Shown here: one piece after another, positions 13,618-25,623 of the stretch
Layout: each line of letters begins with the position of its first letter
Position numbering within the stretch: position 1 is the first letter of the stretch
Source: Octopus sinensis
Lineage: Eukaryota
Reading direction: 5' to 3'
Length of the DNA: 64,000 bases
Assembly (NCBI RefSeq): GCF_006345805.1
Contig: NC_043000.1
Coordinates: 55,552,001 to 55,616,000, forward strand
The notes under the pieces: model-generated
The model's database searches: none
Told to the model about the DNA's origin: nothing
The model's input: only the letters and a program-made list of their open reading frames with translations
Translations under genes and position numbers: made by a program

Positions 13618-14108
13618 GAAATTCCTTGGTTTGGATTTGGAACACTGAAAATAAGAACATACCCTTTCGAAGATCTGCTCGTAACTAACAGTGCCAACAA
13701 ATTCAAATAAGCAAGCGAAGAATCTCTGTTCTCCCCTTTCCACCAGCGTGGGTTAAAATCATCAAACACTATGCTTATTTCGGTAAAATCCGAAGCATTA
13801 ATCAGAGGGAGATTAATTATAATTTCAACAATTGAGGGCAAAATTAATTAATTATTAATCAATTTCACCAAGTGTTCAGTATGCAAAGGGACCATTCAAG
13901 GCGAATTCAAATTATTACATTATATAAAAGGGCTTAGTAAAATAAATTACTTTGCCGCATACTGAACCCATTAGAAATAGCAGCTAAAAAACTTTTTTAA
14001 AGCTATTTCTAATACTTAAAGAAAATCTCTCTCATATATAGTGTTTGCTTAATTCAACTCACAAAAGTTGGGGGTAAGGACATCGAAAAATCAAATGCTA
14101 AGGTTATT

Positions 14109-14161
14109 TGAGAACGTACGTTTCAAGATTAGTCAAAAACAACACTTCTATCATCAGCTCA
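14109..14161 (-). ncRNA. Minimal type I hammerhead ribozyme motif, array copy 3
   Basis: Identical motif to copy 1. Confidence 0.75.
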
Positions 14162-14747
14162 GAAATTCCTTGGTTTGGATTTGGAAACACTGAAAATAAG
14201 AACATACCCTTTCGAAGATCTGCTCGTAACTAACAGTGCCAACAAATTCAAATAAGCAAGCGAAGAATCTCTGTTCTCCCCTTTCCACCAGCGTGGGTTA
14301 AAATCATCAAACACTATGCTTATTTCGGTAAAATCCGAAGCATTAATCAGAGGGAGATTATTATAATTTCAACAATTGAGGGCAAAATTAATTAATTATT
14401 AATCAATTTCACCAAGTGTTCAGTATGCAAAGGGACCATTCAAATGTAATAATTTGAATTCGCCTTGAATGGTCCCTTTGCATACTGAACACTTGGTGAA
14501 ATTGATTAATAATTAATTAATTTTGCCCTCAATTGTTGAAATTATAATTAATCTCCCTCTGATTAATGCTTCGGATTTTACCGAAATAAGCATAGTGTTT
14601 GATGATTTTAACCCACGCTGGTGGAAAGGGGAGAACAGAGATTCTTCGCTTGCTTATTTGAATTTGTTGGCACTGTTAGTTACGAGCAGATCTTCGAAAG
14701 GGTATGTTCTTATTTTCAGTGTTTCCAAATTCAAACCAAGGAATTTC

Positions 14748-14800
14748 TGAGCTGATGATAGAAGTGTTGTTTTTGACTAATCTTGAAACGTACGTTCTCA
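14748..14800 (+). ncRNA. Minimal type I hammerhead ribozyme motif, inverted array copy 4
   Basis: Reads directly TGAGCTGATGATAGAAGTGTTGTTTTTGACTAATCTTGAAACGTACGTTCTCA; predicted cleavage after 14796. Confidence 0.75.
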
Positions 14801-15084
14801 AATAACCTTAGCATTTGATTTTTCGATGTCCTTACCCCCAAACTTTTGTGAGTTGAATTAAGCAAACACTATATATGAGAGAGATTTTCTTTAAGTATTA
14901 GAAATAGCTTTAAAAAAGTTTTTTAGCTGCTATTTCTAATGAGTTCAGTATGCGGCAAAGTAATTTATTTTACTAAGCCCTTTTATATAATGTAATAATT
15001 TGAATTCGCCTTGAATGGTCCCTTTGCATACTGAACACTTGGTGAAATTGATTAATAATTAATTAATTTTGCCCTCAATTGTTG

Positions 15085-15118
<34 letters not shown>

Positions 15119-15127
<9 letters not shown>

Positions 15128-15644
15128 ATTTAGGAATGGTCATTTTGCCTGTTTAGCCAATAAAAACACACGCACTATATATTTGGTGTTACTTTGCTTC
15201 AGTGTTATTATTTGTATCTGTAATATTTGTATCTTCTGTTTATATATGTTCATGTAATTTGTAATACAAAAAAAAAACAATACAAATTACGTGAACATAT
15301 ATAAACAGAAGATACAAATATTACAGGCATCCCCCCCCACACACACACTAAATAAACATAAACGCACATAGAGATATAAGCATGCGCAAATGAAGACATA
15401 GAAATACAATAGAAATAGAAATACAAAATGGCTGACGGTTAGTAAGGAGAGACACAAATAAGTAAGAAGAAAACAAAGGACCACTGATGCGGTCACAGGA
15501 GTGTGACGAAAGAACTCTGGCCGAAATGAGATTAAGATTAATGTAAAAAATAAATAACACTGAAGCAAAGTAACACCAAATATATAGTGCGTTTTTTTTT
15601 TATTGGCTAAACTGGCAAAATGACCATTCCTAAATACAACAATA
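15119..15644. mobile_element. Fold-back element (nested inverted repeats) containing a decayed hammerhead; probable Penelope-like pseudo-LTR derivative
   Basis: 15119-15209 is inverted at ~15553-15644, and 15218-15263 is inverted at 15281-15326. A hammerhead-like motif lies at 15478-15522. Confidence 0.65.
15478..15522 (+). ncRNA. Degenerate type I hammerhead motif
   Basis: GGACCA-CTGATGC-G-GTCACA(GGAG)TGTGAC-GAAA-GAAC-TC^TGGCC. Stem II is a perfect 6 bp and stem I is CCA/TGG, but A9 is changed to C with a 1-nt register shift. Confidence 0.5.
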
Positions 15645-15703
15645 TCTGTTTCAACACACAACTTCACATAAAAATCTTGCACAACAAATATTTAAACGTA
15701 TAC

Positions 15704-15737
<34 letters not shown>

Positions 15738-16187
15738 ATTTATAGGCCTGGACCAATCATTGGTCGAAACATATCTAAGTTTATCTAAGTTTATACACAC
15801 ACACACACATATGTATATATATATGCTTTCATATATGATAGTGTATAAACAATTTAAGTATTTATACAAGAAAGAGGTGACCTGTGACAGGACACCTTAC
15901 ATGCTAAATAGGGCAGTCACAGCCCAAACCAATTCATGGTTTGGACTTTGACTGCCCTTTCTATATATTTATATTTTAATTGTGTTATTGTGTTTATATA
16001 ATTTTTAATCAATTCTAATGCACTTTATTTTATTGTACTATATAGTAGGCTTTAAAATGATTATATTATTAGATTAGTGTTTTGGATATAACTTTCTATG
16101 TGTACTCCAGAAAATAGGGTTCTCCTGAAATTGAAGTTGTGGTCCTACTGGCAACATCACAAATTTGTAATAATATATATATATATA

Positions 16188-16512
16188 TGGACGTGCATGG
16201 CTCAGCGGTCAGAGCGTTGAGCTCGCAATCATGACGTAGTGAGTTCGAATCTTGGACCGGGATGTGTGTTGCGCAAGACATTTTATGTGTCTTGAAGAAG
16301 ACATTTTATTTCACGCTGGTCCAGTACTCTCAGCGTTAGAAATCAGCTGCGACGTCACTGGTGCCAAGCTTATCGACTTTTGCCTTTCCCTTGGATAACA
16401 ACAGTGGCGTAGAGAGGAGAGACTGGTATGCATGGCGACTACTCGTCTTCCATAAACAACTTTGCCTGGACTTGTACCTTGGAGGATAACTTTCTAGGGG
16501 TAATCCCATGAT
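16188..16512 (+). mobile_element. tRNA-derived SINE (family C)
   Basis: A-box-like TGGCTCAGCGG and B-box GAGTTCGAATC, followed by a caagacactttatttcacg-type core related to the 45755-45972 copy. Confidence 0.8.
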
Positions 16513-16761
16513 TTTACACACACACACACATGCATAATATGACGAAAAGTGTTGGAGAATGTTTGATATTAAAGTAGCATATATGTACGAATACATATGG
16601 GATCTTTTCTGTTTTCTATAAATTTATATTTTCTTCTAATTGTTTTTAAGTGTGATTCACTGATGCAATTTTGCATGCTAATTAGTATATAAAATGTTAA
16701 TAGTGTCTTTTAAGTTTGCAAATCTGGGGAAATTGTAATCAATAGACAGCCACAGACACAT

Positions 16762-17390
16762 TTGTGCCTGTTGGCAAAAAAGACGTTAGGCTGTAGTCTG
16801 CTCACGTCTGTCAGAAAAGATAAATGGTTTGAAGGTGAAACCCTTCTTTGGACTGTACTATTTTTTTTCTTTCACTCATGGGTTAATGGATTGACTTCAG
16901 TTCGTATTTGTGTTCAAGAACTAAGGATGGGCCACTGCACAGCTGGTAATTAAACACCTATGTTCTTGAAATAGGTGCGGAGAAGATTGATGAGATCGAA
17001 GAAAGTCTACTCAAGATATCAATACAACCAAGGAAATGTGTCTTCTACCTGAGCATTGGGTCTTCGTAGCGTCACGAGACCAGACATCTTTTTCTTCATA
17101 CAGTGCTGGAATGGTAACACGCGGGAGGAATGCATACGTTAGTCGATTCTCCCAGGGACTTCTGGAAGGCCTACTTTCACTGAAATTGATGGTTATAATT
17201 TTCGACAAACAGTGAACCACAGATTTGAGCTTATTAACTCGAAACATGGTACCCATACGCAACAAGTGGAAAACAGTACATGCGCTTGTGTAAAAGAAGG
17301 AAATAAAAGATAACGTGTAATCCACCGTTGTATGGTTGGATTGTATCTCTGTGAGTTTATGCGGCATAGGCGATATGAAAACTTGTAATT
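16762..17390 (+). mobile_element. Merlin (IS1016/IS1595-like) DDE transposase pseudogene
   Basis: Colinear motifs across frameshifts: SVRKDKWFEG, EIEESL (VEIDES), WVF, DFWKAY (SD.W.AY), GYNFRQTVNH, GTHTQQVEN (HTQ.IE), LYLCEFMRHRR (YL.EFMWR). Confidence 0.75.
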
Positions 17391-18060
17391 GGTTTGAGAA
17401 ACTCCAAGAGTATACCTCAAAATTTCGTTTACGAATTTTCACAACAAAAAATGTATCGTGTACATGAACTTAACTATTACTACATTACTAGAACGTACAC
17501 TCTTGTAATTTTTCCCAAAAGAACATTTCATTGAAGAATTTAACTTTTAAGTCGTTTACATATCTTTTCTACCGTATCACATGACTTTATTCGTTAAAAT
17601 TCATTAAAACTTCAAAATGTCTTACAACTTTCGCCGGTATCTACTTTTTGATAGACAAGTTTCGTGGACACAAAATGCCAGCTTCCAAATCTTGTTTTCT
17701 GATTGGGTAAAAATTATAAAGCTTTAAACCTCTGTAACATTGTTTCAGGCACAAGTAAATAACACAATCAGATTCAACGTGAAAAATTATATCAATATAC
17801 TAAGTTTGAAAATTTTCAATTAATTCTAAAATTTCAAAGCCTATAAATGCAGCAGAAAATAACCTGCATATGTGTAAGGGAGATTAAGCGACAGAGAAAG
17901 ATACACATTTTGCCTACTATGTGATGTCTTGTACTTTGTTGTCTACAATCGAGCCTTCTAAACAGGAAGAAAAATCCAACATCATTACATAATATTTAGG
18001 AACTGTCCGAAGAGTAGAGGCAATCTCCTATCAAGAATCAATCAATAAACAGCACTCCAT

Positions 18061-18224
18061 GTTCGTCTGTCTCTATGTTCTGAGTTCAAATTCCGCCGAG
18101 GTCGACTTTGCCTTTCATTCTTTCGGGGTCGATAAATTAAGTGCCAGTTGTGTGCTGGGGTCTATCTAATTGACTGGGCCCCCTCACCAAAAATTTCGGG
18201 CCTTGTGCCCTGAGTAGAAAAGAA
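18061..18224 (+). mobile_element. SINE family A, 5'-truncated, relatively well preserved
   Basis: ttctgagttcaaattccgccgaggtcgactttgcctttc...gggccttgtgcc shared with the other copies in the window. Confidence 0.85.
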
Positions 18225-20385
18225 CAGTATGTTTAGAGGAATAGCATATTTAGTCAAGATAATTCAATATACATTATTGACTTTTTACAGGGTAGTTCGT
18301 TAATATTAACTATATATACCTTCGACTACAGTTGTGTCAGTTTGCAATAGAAGTGTGTTTCCCTCTTTAATCAAATAAGTTAATTGTGTTTATGTATAAA
18401 TGAAAATATGTTTTTAAAAGAGTAACTTCGTCTAAGAATATAATTCATTGATCTTTAAAATATTTTATTGCCTTGTTTCAAATATCAATCACTTCAATTA
18501 CAGAATTTAAATGTTATTAGTAGAAAGAAAATCACAACATCATTAAAATATAAATGTTGAAATGTTGAAATACCAGCAATTGTGTAAAATTTTAAAATAT
18601 CAAAAACTTTTTATTATAAATATTGCTTTCTTTGTCGTATAGAATTAATACCGAAACTGAAAGTATATTTTCAGATGCGCCCTAATTACAAATATGCAAA
18701 ATTTTATAATGGTGGGGAAATATTTTCTTTGGTGAGAAATATTTGGTTTGCAATTAGTACAAATGTGATAACTATATTCTATATATTTGTTAATTTCCAC
18801 CTGTATGAATGGTCATACATCAACTATTTAATTATTTAAGCAATAGTTATCCATTGAATGGCTCAATTACTACATATATTACAGACTTAGGAACAGACAA
18901 AGGAAACATTTATTAAAGCAAACGCACTAGGGAATTAATGTTATTTATTGATACTTCTTCTAAATTTTCTTCAGAGTTACCACATTTAAATAAAACAGCA
19001 GTACAATGCGTGAGAAATAAACATTATTTTCTTTAATAAATAAGATGTAAAAACTAATACATATTAATTATATTATTAATAAACAATATCACTCAAAAAG
19101 CAATATAGACTTGTTAACAACAACGTATACACATCTAAGAAATTACGAACTTTAAGCTACATATATTTTATGTATATAGGTTGCTAAACCTAAATAAAGA
19201 AATAGGATTCTGCCTCTGTATTTTACACGGGGTATTAAGAATCAAAATACATTTTACATAGACGTGACAAATAATCGTGGCTGTTGGAATATGAAGAATC
19301 CATCCATCGTTGTTGTCGTCGGCTTTATCTCGTATCCGATAATATATTTTCTTCTCTACCGAACGCTTCCTTTATGGTGAAGGTATTCCTGACACTGTAG
19401 ACCAATTTTTGCATAGAACACTCGATACTATTGACGGCATGGTAATGTTGGTAAAAGACGAGATTGATTTTGTCAAGCTTTTCTCCCCTTTCGTTTAATT
19501 TCTTCCTTTTCTCCACCACCAGTTGGTATGGTCATGAGCTTCTGTTTAGTTTCTTATTTATTTACCCCCTCTCGTCATATTACTCTTCTTCGATTTATCA
19601 AAATTTCAACTTCTAGTCTTCCTCTTATTTTACTATTTCTCTTTTTAATGACTAATGTTGACAGTTTGTGTAAATCTGCCAAAGTATATTTTAATAATCT
19701 CTTCTTTAATATTCAACACGGTACAAACATATCATATAAATTCATCTGAATACGGAGACTATTTGTAAGCCATGCTTATGTAATATATTTGAAAAATGCT
19801 TAAACTACCTAAAGATTAAGCAGCCTAACACTTCTGTGGAGACTCACAGTAGATAAATCAATTTTGTGACAGCTATTCATTTAAATAGTATATTTTCTCA
19901 AATGCCATTGCCAGAGGAGAAAGAGCTCTTCCTGAGACCCCTTTCCAGGACACTGAGTCTAATAGAAAGAATGCCAAACGGTAGTTCTTGTCACCCCAGA
20001 GATCAGTTCTGAAAGTACTTTAATCTGAATGCACTTCACTAAAATAATCTAAGAATTCCAAGTCTTTCTGATGTGGTTACACAAGTATTGCATATGAATT
20101 TCAGACAACGTGATCCCGACATCAGAGGTTATGACATAACATAATCGTCTAAGGTGCTGGTCAGTGTATCTGAACTAAGCACCACATAATCATGAAATTA
20201 AATTAATATTCTAACAATCAAATCGTTCTTATTTTCCGGCAGCACGGTATTTGCAGTGCTACATATTAATACGTTTCATGAGAGAGGTGTGTTCCTCATA
20301 AGAACAAGTTTGTAGCATTGAGCATTTTCTTCATTCATATAAAATCTAAGATGAAGTAAAAACCATATACGAATATTTCATTAAA

Positions 20386-20790
20386 CGATAGTTTAATACA
20401 GTTAATTAGTCTGTAATTTAGTCGAATGTTAACGAAGTAGCAGATGTTACAGTTCGCAGAGGGAAAATTTAAACACCTTATCATTTCAAAAATCTTCTCT
20501 TAATAAAGCAAGTTAATTATAAAATAATGTAATTATATATGGAAGCAGGATTATATAACGTTATATAATTTACTTTCGACTATTTTGTAAATATATAAAA
20601 TAATTTAATGTAGAATGTCACATACTCATTAACTATTTCTCTTAAATTTTTAAGTACCAGTTACGAACCGCTTCGATAATCTTTAGAATATATATCCCCA
20701 AATATATTCACAAATATGTAATAACAAATGCATTAATACATGAGCCTGCTTATCTTTGTCTGCTCTTGTTTATATAAATAACTGTACTTG
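20386..20790. repeat. Diverged duplicated block, copy 2 (paralogous to 12279-12665)
   Basis: Same orientation and colinear shared words as copy 1. Confidence 0.85.
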
Positions 20791-20899
20791 CTATTTCCAG
20801 TTATATAGATACGTTACGATTCATCGTAATTACATGTTATCTTGTCGGCGGATCCCATATACATTTTCATGTATATAGGTAACTTATACACACGCATAC

Positions 20900-20904
20900 A
20901 CCTA

Positions 20905-20939
<35 letters not shown>

Positions 20940-20971
20940 GTACATATATATTTACACACACACACATATAT

Positions 20972-21049
<78 letters not shown>

Positions 21050-21068
21050 GCATATATATATGCATATA
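20900..21068. repeat. (TA)n / (CA)n microsatellite
   Basis: Directly visible. Confidence 0.95.
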
Positions 21069-22230
21069 TATCAGTTCATTCCATAAATTCTGTCCAAATT
21101 TTGAAAAAAGAAAGCAAGTGATTAAATGTTATATTTAAATGAAATTTAATCATCAATGTACCTTCTCTGAGTATCTATGAATTCCTTACATCTATTTACA
21201 AGCTTTTAATCCCATCAATGTAAAACTCTTTTGGTTACAAACCGAAGTACTCTGAAATGTCAGTTTCGACCTCCTCCTGGCATGAGAAAGTTATATCTCC
21301 CAAATGATTCTGTAAACTACAAAACAAATGGTAGTCTGAAGGAGCAAGGTCGGGAGAATAAGGTGGATGAGGAATTCTTTCCCAACCAAGCTCTACGATC
21401 TTCCGAGATGTGATCTTTAGAGTGTGGGATCGCGTATTTTCCTGATGAAACATCACTCCTTTTCGCTTCACTAAAGTGGGTCTATTTTTCTTTAAAGCTT
21501 GGTTCAAATGCTCTAACTGCTGACAGTAGATTTGAGAATTGATTGTTGCATTAGGTGGTAACAATTCAAAATGAATTACTCCTTTTCAATTCCACCATAT
21601 AGAGAAAAGAAACTTTTTCCCATGATGTTCCCTTCTCGGTTTCGGTTGCGTTTGTTCCCTGTTTCCAAGCCAGTATTTAGAAATCTATCCTAAGAGGGTG
21701 AAATGAGTTCCCGAGAATGGAGAGAAGAGCAGATGTCAACTCGGGATTTGTGGTTGCTTTCGGACAATTCATTAGGCACCCATTTTCCAAGCTTAGGAAA
21801 CTTTCCAAGTTGCTGAAGATGACAATGAACAGTCGTTTGGTTTGAACTCAGCTTTATTGCCAATTCTTCAAATTATAATGCAGGATTTTCTTCTAGTAAT
21901 GCCCCAAGAAGCTTATCATCAAACTCAAATTGACTTCCTGTTCTATCTTCATCTTCAAAGCTGAAATCTCCACTTTTGAATTTTGCAAACCATCTCCTGC
22001 AAGTTCTTTTATTCAAGCATTCTTTCCCATAAACTGCGTCTACGTTTCGATGCGTTTCGGTTGCAGAGTTTCGTTTTTTGTACTCATGAAGCATTATGTG
22101 ACTTAAATTCTATTATGCTGTAAAATAATATTTAAATGCATAAAAATGATTTTAAATTCCATTAGACGTTCTAAAATACTATTAAATTTCATTCAATTTT
22201 GAAAAAGGTAAAATCGGATTTATTTAATTA
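21069..22230 (-). mobile_element. Mariner element with disrupted transposase
   Basis: N-terminal HTH (ATETHRNVDAVYG...CRRWFAKFKSGDFSFEDEDRTG) at 21873-22094; catalytic region (TINSQIYCQQL, FHQEN.R.H, HPPYSPDLAPSDYHLF) at 21235-21564. TIR-like TATCAGTTCATTCCATAAATT at 21069; the right TIR is poorly preserved. Confidence 0.92.
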
Positions 22231-22488
22231 TGTTAGTGTTTTTATCTTTAACCTGAAGAGTGACTATATTTATATTGAATTGATTTTACTCTTATCATTT
22301 CTTAAATATAGCCACGAAACGCGCGTAGTTATTCTACCAAATATTATTTATTTTGCATATTAATTAATCATTAGAATATGTTTTTATCTTATATTTAATT
22401 TTCTATAAGATGTAATTTTTTCTAAATGGTATGATTTAATTTTTTCATTGTTGAATTGATAAAAGGTGTTTTTTAAATTTATATACTC

Positions 22489-22489
<1 letters not shown>

Positions 22490-22581
<92 letters not shown>

Positions 22582-22690
22582 CATACTTACATATATACAT
22601 ACAAACATATATGCATACATATATATATATATATATATATACATACATATATACACACACATATATATGCATATACACACATATATACAT
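22490..22690. repeat. (CA)n/(TA)n compound microsatellite
   Basis: Directly visible. Confidence 0.95.
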
Positions 22691-22904
22691 AAAGACGAAC
22701 GCATACATATAAAAATACACATACATCCATGGAGATATACGCACATGTATTTGTGTGTTTAATTATATTTTTCATAAAACCAAAACAATGTAGGCTATAA
22801 GAAATAATATAAATCCATGGTTTCTACTTGTACCTTCGACAGCCCAGGAAAACTTCGTAGAAATCAATATAAACTTTCCCAACTCAAATGGATATCATTT
22901 CGTT

Positions 22905-23893
22905 CGAGGGTGGGCTGAAAGATTCATAGGCCAACTATGAAGTAGTGATACTTGAGCTGTGAAATCGTGAATTTCAGCTCTTATTATTAATAATTGTATT
23001 TTTCTTTCCGAACAAACTGATGTCTGACTTTTCAAACAAAACTTCAAGTGTAACTGCTAACTTGAAAATTGAGAAAAATTGGCATCGTTGTTTTATCAAG
23101 TATCTTTAAGGAAAGGATTTAATTCCAAAGTATATTCATGCCAACATGCATGCGACATTAGGGGATGACTCCCCAGCTTTATCAACAGGGTAAAACTGGA
23201 CAGCTGAATTTAGGAGGGTAAGAGAGTGTCTTGAAGATGACCCAAGGTCTAGTCCTGCAAATTCCACCACTGACAATTACAGAGACCGTGTTCATCACTT
23301 TGAGCTAGAGACATGATTCATTCAGTGGAAACGCTCCTTGCCACCTGCTCCAAAGCAGCCCAGACTCATCTCATCTGCAGGGAAGGTGATGGCCTCAGTT
23401 TTGGGGGATATAAAATGCATTGTGTTTATTAAGTATCTTCAAAAGGGGTTATCATGCTAACCTGCTGAGGCAGTTACCAAAGGCTATCAAGGCCAAACAC
23501 GTAGGAAAATAGAGGCAAGGAGGTCTTTTTCATCTGGACAATACCCACAAGTCCTCGATTTCAATGTTCTGTTGTGCATGACTGTGGCTTTGAATTAGTA
23601 CATTACATTCCCTATTCCTCCAATTTGACACAGTCTGATTCTCATCTGTTCCCCAATAGGAAAAATCACTTAGCCGGGAACCAGTATCGCAGTAATGATG
23701 ACGTCATATCCGCTGTTGATTACTTTTTCCCCATCAGGATGAAAGCTTCTTCACCAGCGGGATGCCAGCACTAAAACCCCGATGGAAGAAGTGTGTGAAC
23801 CACAATGGGAACGATGTTGAAATATAAATCTCCATTAGTTCATATTCCTTGAAAATATATTTTTCAGCCTTTGAACTTTTCAGCTAATCCTCG
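22905..23893 (+). mobile_element. Mariner element, internally deleted, both TIRs present
   Basis: Left CGAGGGTGGGCTGAAAGATTCATAGGC versus right reverse complement CGAGGATTAGCTGAAAAGTTCAAAGGC, followed by TA. Transposase motifs GKVMASV, LDN and PYSSNLTQSDSHLFPN. Confidence 0.9.
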
Positions 23894-24429
23894 TATGTGT
23901 ATGAGCGCACTCATGCGCATACGTGTACGTATGCACATACGTCTTTTCGTTAGAGATGTTGACTTAAGTGGTGGTGTTTTGTTTATGTCTCCATAACATA
24001 AAATCACTTGAAAATGAGATCGATGTAGTAAATATCAGATTAAATAAAGCAGAGTTTATTTGATGGAATAAACCGCGTCAAAGCTACACTGCAGCAGGTC
24101 TGAAACCAACTGACTGAATGGAATAAAAGAATGAAAGAAATAAAGTATACCTGTGGCTATGAATCTTTTTCAGAATTTAGATATCTATAGTAAAAATTTA
24201 CTGTCAAGAAAAAATATCTTACTGTAATAATAATAGTAAATAATGTTGAATTCTAAAGCAATATATTATTCCTCGATATATTATGACGTACATTAAATAT
24301 TTATTCATATTTTCCGTTCACCGTATTTATTTTTATTTTTGCGTTTCATTTTCTGATAAATGGTGTCTGTTTCTTAAGCGATGCCATGTGAATGTGTTGG
24401 CGAATAATAAGTGGGTGTATCATAAGACA

Positions 24430-24617
24430 ACGACCTGGCAGAATTGTTAGCATGCCGGACAAAATGCTCAGCAGCATTTCTTCCATCTTTACGCTCTGAG
24501 TTCAAATTCCGCCCAGGTCCACTTTCTCGTTGGATAAAATAAGCACCTTTGAGCACTGGGCTCTATGTAATCGACTTACACTTCCGCTAAAGTTTCTGGC
24601 CTTCCGCCAAATTTTAA
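24430..24617 (+). mobile_element. SINE family A copy
   Basis: ctggcagaattgttagcatgccggacaaaatgc...ctgagttcaaattccgcc. Confidence 0.8.
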
Positions 24618-25587
24618 AGTCAATATGTATGTGTACCGTATAGAGAGATATATATGTATTATTAATATATAATATGAATGTGATGGGAGTATATTACAAC
24701 AGATGAGGCATCCTCGTACACACCTATCCAGAATCCTTAGTTGGTCGATTATTTGAGATTTTTATATCACGCTAGCCTATAGTAGATCCGTGGTCTATTA
24801 AATAGACCCAACTCATTAAATAATTCTTTAGTGTAATCATTTTATCTCTCCTTGCATTTGTCTGTGGTCATTTTATCCCCCTTATATTTTCTGTAAACTT
24901 TTTATTCCTCCTTACATTTATCTGCAACTGTGGCTCCAGCGTGATTTGAATTCAGAGCTAAGATAACCGTAAGAATTACTGCGGAGTATTTTGCCCACGC
25001 CTTTTAAGTTTTTGCTTGCCACTACCCTTATACATCGTACATTAAATATTTTTCTTCCTTTTCTTGTAACTCATTACGAAATTTTTTTTATCAAATTAAA
25101 ATAATGTGCAATGCTTCATATATTTGTGAACATCAGAATATAAAAGATAAATGAATGGAAGATAAGATGTAAATATTCTTACATAATAAAAAAAATGAGA
25201 AAATTACGAAAAAGCAATATTAATGGTTCGCTGTTTTAAAGCGTAATTCAAAATGAATGGAAATATGAGTTATTTTTTAAACAAGGCAAAATATTGTGCC
25301 TTCCACTTTCAATTTGGAAAGCAAATTTGTCAAAGTGATAACCGCATATTAAACTTGTCTCTAAACTTGAAGCTAGCGCAATAAATATATTGTCATTAGA
25401 GATTATAGAAAGATATTTTATTCGTATATCTGAATTTCAATCTTACGTTTATGAATATTTAGTGGCGCAAAAAACATAATTCATTTGAACTTATTACCAA
25501 AAAAAAAACCAGAGAGAAATAGCACAAAATACATTTGTTAAATTTGTGAAATATTAAAATATATTTTTTCTAAATATACATACATTC

Positions 25588-25623
<36 letters not shown>

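Larger units (their letters stand above)
12823..15092. repeat. 545-bp-unit tandem array (~2.97 direct units, 12823-14443) plus inverted ~1.2 units (14444-15092), flanked by (TA)n
   Basis: The anchor AAAAGGGCTTAG recurs with its first G at 12840, 13385 and 13930 (period 545). The reverse complement of the unit starts at 14444 and restarts at 14990. Copies differ by only a few substitutions and 1-nt indels. Confidence 0.97.

Noticed and set aside
13069-14750. 75-93 aa ORFs repeated in the array (…IVFDDFNPRWWKGE…), superficially like a CRESS-virus Rep Walker B/WWDGY region
   Set aside because: TTG start, motif order reversed relative to Rep, no Walker A or HUH motifs, and the frame is broken by indels between copies.
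12823-15092. CRISPR-like interpretation of the array
   Set aside because: Units are 545 bp and identical throughout with no unique spacers; eukaryotic context and no cas genes.
16188-16262. tRNA gene
   Set aside because: A and B boxes are present but there is no complete cloverleaf, and it continues into a SINE body; treated as a SINE head, as are similar heads elsewhere.
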